Origin: a virus
Taxonomy: Duplodnaviria; Caudoviricetes
IMG/VR virus record: IMGVR_UViG_3300025840_004398
Direction: 5' to 3' (one strand)
Length of the DNA: 64,000 bases
Below the pieces are notes generated by a model. It searched no databases. It was not told the origin of the DNA and was given only the letters and a program-made list of their open reading frames with translations. Within the stretch, counting starts at the first letter, position 1, and each line of letters starts with the position of its first letter. A program made the translations under genes and the position numbers. Positions 58,510 to 64,000 of this stretch are shown in pieces.

Positions 58510-59805
58510 ATGCAAAGAAAAGAAGAAAAACCTGGAGATAAAATATCACCTACATTTTGTATTTTACCTTGGATACATTTAAACACATGGCCCAATGGTA
58601 ACGTATATCCTTGTTGTCTTACTGATTGGAGAGAAGATATCGGCAACATGAAAGATAATACTCTTGAAGAGTTATGGAATGGTGATATCATGAAGGAAAT
58701 CCGAAGGTTTATGTTGGAAGGTAAAAAACATCATAGTTGTAGAAAATGTTTTCAACAAGAAGATTATGGATTGGATTCTACAAGAGAATCTTCCAATAGA
58801 CACTATGAACATCATATAGACACAATCACAAACAACACCACACCAGACGGATACAATAATGATTTTAAATTACTATATTGGGATTTCAGATTTTCTAATT
58901 TATGTAACTTTAAATGTAGAATGTGTGGTTCATTTCTTTCATCAAAATGGTATGAAGATGAAGTTAAAATATTCGGAGGGTCTGTATTACCTCAGGCAAT
59001 CATAAATGTTGATGATTATTCAAAAAAAGGAATTAAGTTTTACTTAGACAAGTTTATTGATGAGGTAGAAGAAATTTATTTTGCAGGAGGAGAACCTCTT
59101 TTGATGGATGAACATTATTATATTTTAGAAGAACTTACTAAAAAGAAAAATTTCGATGTAAGACTTAGATACAACACAAACTTAGGATTTTTAAAATTTA
59201 AAAAATGGGATAATTTAGAGCTTTGGAAACCATTTAAAGAAAGAAGTGATTTAAATGTAAATATTTTTGCATCAATTGATGCCTATGGACCAAGAGCGGA
59301 ATACTCAAGAAAAGGAACAAAATGGCCAACGATAGAAAATAATATAAAAAGATTAATTGAAGCCGGATTTAATTTTCATATTAGTTGTACTACAAATATA
59401 TTTAACGTATTTCATGTTCCTGATTTGGTAGATGAAATGATTCGAATTGGAGTTCCATATTATTCAATACAGTTAAATAATGTATTAACGAATCCAAATT
59501 ATTATCACATTAATATACTACCTAAAGAATTAAAAGATAAAGTTACTGAAAAATATAACAAACACTTGGATTCTATGGAATCTCATATTAGGGATGAATT
59601 TATTCCAAAATATGAAAGTATATTTAATTTTATGAATGAAGAGGTTGATGGTGATGTAGAAGAAATAAGAGTTGCTTTTAAAGAATTAACTGTAAAATTA
59701 GACAAGGGTAGAGAAGAAAACTTTGAAGAAGTTTTTCCAGAACTAAAAGAATGGTTTAATTCTATTAGAAAAGACGAAGATGAAACATGGAAAAAAATAT
59801 TATGA
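58510..59805 (+). CDS. radical SAM protein, N-terminal twitch-like module (CC subtype)
   Basis: FCILPW..PCC..CRKC; CNFKCRMC; FAGGEPLL. Confidence 0.9.
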   Translation: MQRKEEKPGDKISPTFCILPWIHLNTWPNGNVYPCCLTDWREDIGNMKDNTLEELWNGDIMKEIRRFMLEGKKHHSCRKCFQQEDYGLDSTRESSNRHYEHHIDTITNNTTPDGYNNDFKLLYWDFRFSNLCNFKCRMCGSFLSSKWYEDEVKIFGGSVLPQAIINVDDYSKKGIKFYLDKFIDEVEEIYFAGGEPLLMDEHYYILEELTKKKNFDVRLRYNTNLGFLKFKKWDNLELWKPFKERSDLNVNIFASIDAYGPRAEYSRKGTKWPTIENNIKRLIEAGFNFHISCTTNIFNVFHVPDLVDEMIRIGVPYYSIQLNNVLTNPNYYHINILPKELKDKVTEKYNKHLDSMESHIRDEFIPKYESIFNFMNEEVDGDVEEIRVAFKELTVKLDKGREENFEEVFPELKEWFNSIRKDEDETWKKIL

Positions 59806-61028
59806 TAGAAAAAAAGTACATATGTGACTTTCCATGGACTCAGTTATATAACACACCATCTGGTACCGTAACTCCATGTTGTGTATTTGGAGAACCAATA
59901 AAAAAGGATGATGGGACTCCATTTCTTTTACAAAAAGACTCTATTCAAGAAATATTTCAAAGTAATTATTTAAAAAATTTAAGAGAGTCATTTAACAGGG
60001 GTGAAAAACCAAATCATTGTGATTTTTGTTGGAAACAAGAAAACTTGGGATATGAAAGTAGGAGAATACAAAACAATCAGTTTCATAAAGACATGAATAT
60101 TGAAATTGATTACAACACTCATCCTGAATATCCAATAGAATATGAAGTAATATTATCAAACTCATGTAATTTAAAATGCAGAAGTTGTAATTCAATTTTA
60201 AGTACACAGTGGTTAAAAGAACAGAAGAAATTTACAAAGGATGAGTTAGAAATATTAGACATGCCCCCAATAGATTTATCTAATATCCAAGTGGGATATA
60301 AAGATTCAAAGTATATGACAGATATTTCCGAATGGGCTCCTCATGTTCGTAAAATTCAAACACTTGGTGGTGAACCTTTATATGGGGATACATGGAAATA
60401 TGTAATTGATTATTTGATTGAAAATGGCCACTCTAAACAAATATCATTAAGTATATCAACCAACGGCACTTTGTATGATGAGGAGTTTATAAAAAGATTG
60501 TGTGATAACTTTGAAAGTATAACCATCGGACTTAGTATAGATGGTCAAGGTCAAATATTCGAATTTCTAAGAAAAAACGGAAAATGGAATGAAGTTGAAG
60601 AAAATATTATAAATTATCAAACAAAGTTTTCAGATTATAAAAATTATGAACACTATTTTAGATTTACTGTTTCATGGATTAACGCTTTATTTATGCCTGA
60701 CTTTGAAAAATGGGTAAAAAATACAAATAGATTTTCTCCAACAAATTATGGAATTTTGTTTGAACCACATCATATGGCTTTATGGAATATTCCTACATTT
60801 TTTAAACAAAAAATAAAAGAAAAATTGGAATCTACTGAGTTCAAAGGAAACGAAAATAATATAAAATCTTTAATAGAATATATGTTTAGTAAATCACCAA
60901 CCGATTCTAGTATAAAAAATAGTTTTATAAAATTTAAAATTATTGATAAGTATAGAAATGAGAGCACATTGGATATTATAAAAAATATTGATTCTGAATT
61001 ATATAATTTTTACACAAGGATTACTTAA
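59802..61028 (+). CDS. radical SAM protein, N-terminal twitch-like module (CC subtype)
   Basis: ICDFPW..PCC..CDFCW; CNLKCRSC; LGGEPL. The ATGA overlap favours a start at 59802. Confidence 0.9.
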   Translation: MIEKKYICDFPWTQLYNTPSGTVTPCCVFGEPIKKDDGTPFLLQKDSIQEIFQSNYLKNLRESFNRGEKPNHCDFCWKQENLGYESRRIQNNQFHKDMNIEIDYNTHPEYPIEYEVILSNSCNLKCRSCNSILSTQWLKEQKKFTKDELEILDMPPIDLSNIQVGYKDSKYMTDISEWAPHVRKIQTLGGEPLYGDTWKYVIDYLIENGHSKQISLSISTNGTLYDEEFIKRLCDNFESITIGLSIDGQGQIFEFLRKNGKWNEVEENIINYQTKFSDYKNYEHYFRFTVSWINALFMPDFEKWVKNTNRFSPTNYGILFEPHHMALWNIPTFFKQKIKEKLESTEFKGNENNIKSLIEYMFSKSPTDSSIKNSFIKFKIIDKYRNESTLDIIKNIDSELYNFYTRIT

Positions 61029-62294
61029 ATGACACCAAAAAAAGAAAGATTTATATGTGATTTGCCATGGACACACCTAAGTGTTCATCCACATGGTAAT
61101 GCTTCTATTTGTTGTGTTGCTGACCACTCACACCCACAATCAACTGCTGCAGATAAAAACGAAAATGGTGAGTATGTTCATATTCATAAAATCACAAATG
61201 GAATTCCAAAAATTATAAATTCTGATACATATAAAGACATACGAAAGGCAATGATTGAAGGAGAACGACCTCCTGCTTGTTCTACTTGTTGGAAAGTTGA
61301 AGATGCTGGTGGTAGGTCTAAGAGAATTAGAGATTCGTATATTTTTCCCGATGTAGATAAAATAACAAAACCAGATGGTAGTATAGATGTAGACTTATCT
61401 AATATAGAAGTTCGTCTTGGTAACTATTGTAATTTAAAATGTAGAAGTTGTAATGCAGAATCATCAACAAGTTGGATTGATGATTACTATAAACTAAGAA
61501 ATAAAGTTCCATTACCAAGTGGATATGATAGACTTAAAAATTCAGAGCACGTTACATATGATTGGGTTGAAGATGAAAAGTTTTATGATGACTTAATAAA
61601 AAACTCACCAAACATTGAACAACTTCATATTAGTGGAGGGGAACCATTTTTAGTACCAAAACATTTTTATTTGTTAGACAAATTGATTGAAGATGGTTTG
61701 GCTGAAAATATAAAAATATTTTATATTACTAATGCTAATTATAACTTTGATAAACTAAGGCCAGCTTTGTATAAATTAACAAAATTCAAAGAGGTATATA
61801 TATCTTTTTCAGTAGATGATGTTGGGGATAGAAATACATACATAAGAAGTCTTAGTAATTGGAAATTAACAATAGATAATATTAAAAAGTTTGTAGATGA
61901 GTACCCCACATTTTGGTATACTGTTACTCAAACTTTAAATGCATTTAATTTTTTATATTTTGAGGAATTAACTCAATTTCTTGTAAAAGAAGGGTTGTAT
62001 AAATTTGATGGAAATGGCCATATAAAAAATATTATAACAAATCATGTTCATTCACCTGAATACCAAAATGCAACAGTACTTCCATTGGATGTAAGAAGAA
62101 GTAAAATAGACTCTGTAAAAGGATTAGTGGCTCCTCATTATTTTGAAGATATTCATGGAAGATATTATGATGCTAAGTCAAATAATCAAATGGAATTATT
62201 TAAGAAAGTTACAGATGAGGTAGATAAGGTAAGACGAGAATCCATATCCGAAATATTTCCAAAACTATATAAAGAAATTACAAATATATTATGA
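61029..62294 (+). CDS. radical SAM protein, N-terminal twitch-like module (CC subtype)
   Basis: ICDLPW..ICC..CSTCW; CNLKCRSC; ISGGEPF. Confidence 0.9.
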   Translation: MTPKKERFICDLPWTHLSVHPHGNASICCVADHSHPQSTAADKNENGEYVHIHKITNGIPKIINSDTYKDIRKAMIEGERPPACSTCWKVEDAGGRSKRIRDSYIFPDVDKITKPDGSIDVDLSNIEVRLGNYCNLKCRSCNAESSTSWIDDYYKLRNKVPLPSGYDRLKNSEHVTYDWVEDEKFYDDLIKNSPNIEQLHISGGEPFLVPKHFYLLDKLIEDGLAENIKIFYITNANYNFDKLRPALYKLTKFKEVYISFSVDDVGDRNTYIRSLSNWKLTIDNIKKFVDEYPTFWYTVTQTLNAFNFLYFEELTQFLVKEGLYKFDGNGHIKNIITNHVHSPEYQNATVLPLDVRRSKIDSVKGLVAPHYFEDIHGRYYDAKSNNQMELFKKVTDEVDKVRRESISEIFPKLYKEITNIL

Positions 62295-63520
62295 AACCAA
62301 CTAAAAGCGTAAGTTGTGTCCATGCTAAAAATGGATTAAGAGTTACAAACGATGGTTTTGTAATGCCTTGTTGTTATTATGACTATAAACATAGATTTAA
62401 AGACCGAAACGGAGACTACATAAAAACCGATGTTCATAGTATTAAAGATATGATGGAATCTCCTGACAGAAGGGACTTAATTAATTCTTTAGAAAATGGA
62501 ATAAAACATGAAGGTTGTAAAAGATGTTGGGTTGATGAAGATGTAAAGGGAGATAGTAAAAGATTAAGAGACTTAGAAACATTGGGTATGTTTTCTAAAG
62601 ATAACAATCAAGCTAAGTTCATAGAATTAAATCTTGGTATTACTTGTAATTTGGCTTGTAGAATGTGTAATGTTGGTGCATCAATTAAATGGATGAATGA
62701 GCATAGATTAGTATATGACACACCTGACCACTGGAAAGATGATGATAATTATAAAAAAGAAGTAAAGACTTTTTATAAAAGTTATGAGTACGATTCTATT
62801 TTTTGGGAAGAACTGCCAAAAATATTACCAGATGTAAAAACAATAGATATGTATGGTGGAGAACCAATGTTAATGAAAAAACAATGGGAGGTTTTACAGA
62901 TAGCGGTTGAAAAAGGATATTCAGAAAACATATCATTGCATTTCAATACAAATGGAACCATATATAATGATGCATATGTTGAAATACTAAAGAATTTTGG
63001 CCATGTTACATTTAGTTTTAGTATAGATGGTATTGGTAAAAGATTTGAATATATTAGACATCACGGTTCATGGGATGATGTAGATACTAAAGTTAGAAAA
63101 TGGATATCTCTTACAAAAGAAAATAAAAATTTTGAAATAGATTTGGCATATACCGTAACTAATTTAAATATTGGATTTATAGATGAAGTTGCAACATGGT
63201 GTTTTGCTAATAATGTAAGAATGTATTTAATAAACGTATCTGAACCAGAGTATTATTCTCCATACAATTTGCCAGTTGGTGCAAAAAATATGATTACTGA
63301 AAAAATGAATAAGTTTATTTCAAACAATAGATTTTTATCAAAAGAATTAATAAATGACATAAACGGCTCGGTAAATTTAATGAATTCTCAAAACTATAAT
63401 TTAGAAGAGTGGAGTAAATTTATAAAAGCAACTCAAATATTAGACAAATCTAGAAATCAAGATTTTATGAAAGCTTTCCCTGAGTTGGGGAAATATATAA
63501 ACACAAATTTATTTTTATGA
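62291..63520 (+). CDS. radical SAM protein, N-terminal twitch-like module (CC subtype)
   Basis: SCVHA..PCC..CKRCW; CNLACRMC; YGGEPM. Confidence 0.9.
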   Translation: MKPTKSVSCVHAKNGLRVTNDGFVMPCCYYDYKHRFKDRNGDYIKTDVHSIKDMMESPDRRDLINSLENGIKHEGCKRCWVDEDVKGDSKRLRDLETLGMFSKDNNQAKFIELNLGITCNLACRMCNVGASIKWMNEHRLVYDTPDHWKDDDNYKKEVKTFYKSYEYDSIFWEELPKILPDVKTIDMYGGEPMLMKKQWEVLQIAVEKGYSENISLHFNTNGTIYNDAYVEILKNFGHVTFSFSIDGIGKRFEYIRHHGSWDDVDTKVRKWISLTKENKNFEIDLAYTVTNLNIGFIDEVATWCFANNVRMYLINVSEPEYYSPYNLPVGAKNMITEKMNKFISNNRFLSKELINDINGSVNLMNSQNYNLEEWSKFIKATQILDKSRNQDFMKAFPELGKYINTNLFL

Positions 63521-64000
63521 ACAAAATACTCATTACAGGAGGAGCAGGTTACTTAGGTTCAATAATTACAGAAACACTTTTAGAAGGATGGAGAGAAGTT
63601 ACTGTATTAGATAACTTGATGCACAACCAAACATCAGTATCTATCTTTTCACATCAAAAAAACTTTAAGTTTGTTTATGGTGATGTAAGAGATAAAGAAT
63701 TACTAAAAGAATTAGTATTAGAACATGATGTGATTATTCCACTTGCAGCAATCGTTGGATTTCCTGCTTGTGAAAGAGATAAAGAATTAGCAACTCAGAT
63801 AAATTATGAGCACGTCAAGTTTGTATGTGAGTTAGCAAAAGAACATAATAAAAAGGTGGTTTATCCGAACACTAATAGTGGATACGGGATAGGAGAGAGT
63901 GGTGTTTGTACGGAGGAAAGTCCGCTAAACCCCATTTCCCATTATGGGAAAACCAAGGTAGAGGCAGAAAAAGAGGTACTTGGGATAGGAGGTATCTCTT
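63517..64000 (+). CDS. NAD-dependent NDP-sugar epimerase/dehydratase (extended SDR), 3'-truncated
   Basis: Manual translation MNKILITGGAGYLGS...VLDNL...GDVRD...LAAIVG...NTNSGYG...YGKTK (YxxxK); the frame runs off the window. Confidence 0.92.
   Translation, partial: MNKILITGGAGYLGSIITETLLEGWREVTVLDNLMHNQTSVSIFSHQKNFKFVYGDVRDKELLKELVLEHDVIIPLAAIVGFPACERDKELATQINYEHVKFVCELAKEHNKKVVYPNTNSGYGIGESGVCTEESPLNPISHYGKTKVEAEKEVLGIGGIS

Noticed and set aside
887-60967. Numerous 60-135 aa minus-strand and off-frame ORFs in the track (e.g. 7893-8294, 22703-23074, 42546-42941, 53989-54399)
   Set aside because: They lie wholly within longer + strand genes with clear family motifs, have S/F/L-biased shadow composition, and lack start signals.
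53747-63520. RiPP cluster with a dedicated precursor peptide
   Set aside because: No short precursor ORF, peptidase or transporter lies within the array, and the neighbours are sugar-handling enzymes.
1-64000. Stop-codon reassignment (as in Lak or some crAss-like phages)
   Set aside because: Genes are long and densely tiled under code 11, and TAG/TGA end genes at natural positions with coupled starts.
1-64000. tRNA, rRNA or CRISPR array
   Set aside because: No cloverleaf with T-loop/D-loop in intergenic space (a GGTTCGAAT near 27280 is inside a CDS), and no repeat-spacer periodicity.
46062-64000. Bacterial chromosomal LPS/capsule locus rather than phage DNA
   Set aside because: No flippase, polymerase or chain-length genes; the cluster is contiguous with fibre genes and shares their upstream motif and codon style.

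Overview
This is a 64-kb, strongly AT-rich segment of a large T4-like (contractile-tailed) phage genome, read in the standard genetic code with almost every gene on the + strand. The host is most likely Bacteroidota (probably Flavobacteriia): four intergenic TTTG-N20-TAnnTTTG promoters, BACON domains and a flavobacterial-type lysozyme-like gene point that way. Layout: 1-12.4 kb holds repair and auxiliary genes (UvsE, SF2 helicase, 2 radical-SAM proteins, MetK, cytidylyltransferase, peptide deformylase, muramidase-like protein, gp55-like sigma factor, carbamoyltransferase). 12.4-13.45 kb is a small island of three terminator-bounded units. 13.5-31 kb is the baseplate/tail module. 31-37 kb holds a sulfotransferase, GIY-YIG nuclease, primase and fused SbcD-SbcC. 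A lone minus-strand ribbon-helix-helix gene faces away from two giant fibre/adhesin genes (one with an S74 chaperone, one with a BACON array plus C-terminal Hint domain). From 46 kb to the window end lies the main candidate novel system, a tightly coupled ~18-kb modification cluster: GT4, a methyltransferase, a GT2-like enzyme, three beta-1,4-galactosyltransferase-like (GT7) enzymes each with a LamG domain inserted inside the catalytic fold, a cytidylyltransferase, seven radical-SAM enzymes with N-terminal twitch-like modules, and an NDP-sugar epimerase. It sits behind the same TATTTATA motif that precedes the virion genes, which suggests late-expressed chemical decoration of the virion. All family assignments come from motif recognition by eye; no database search was run.
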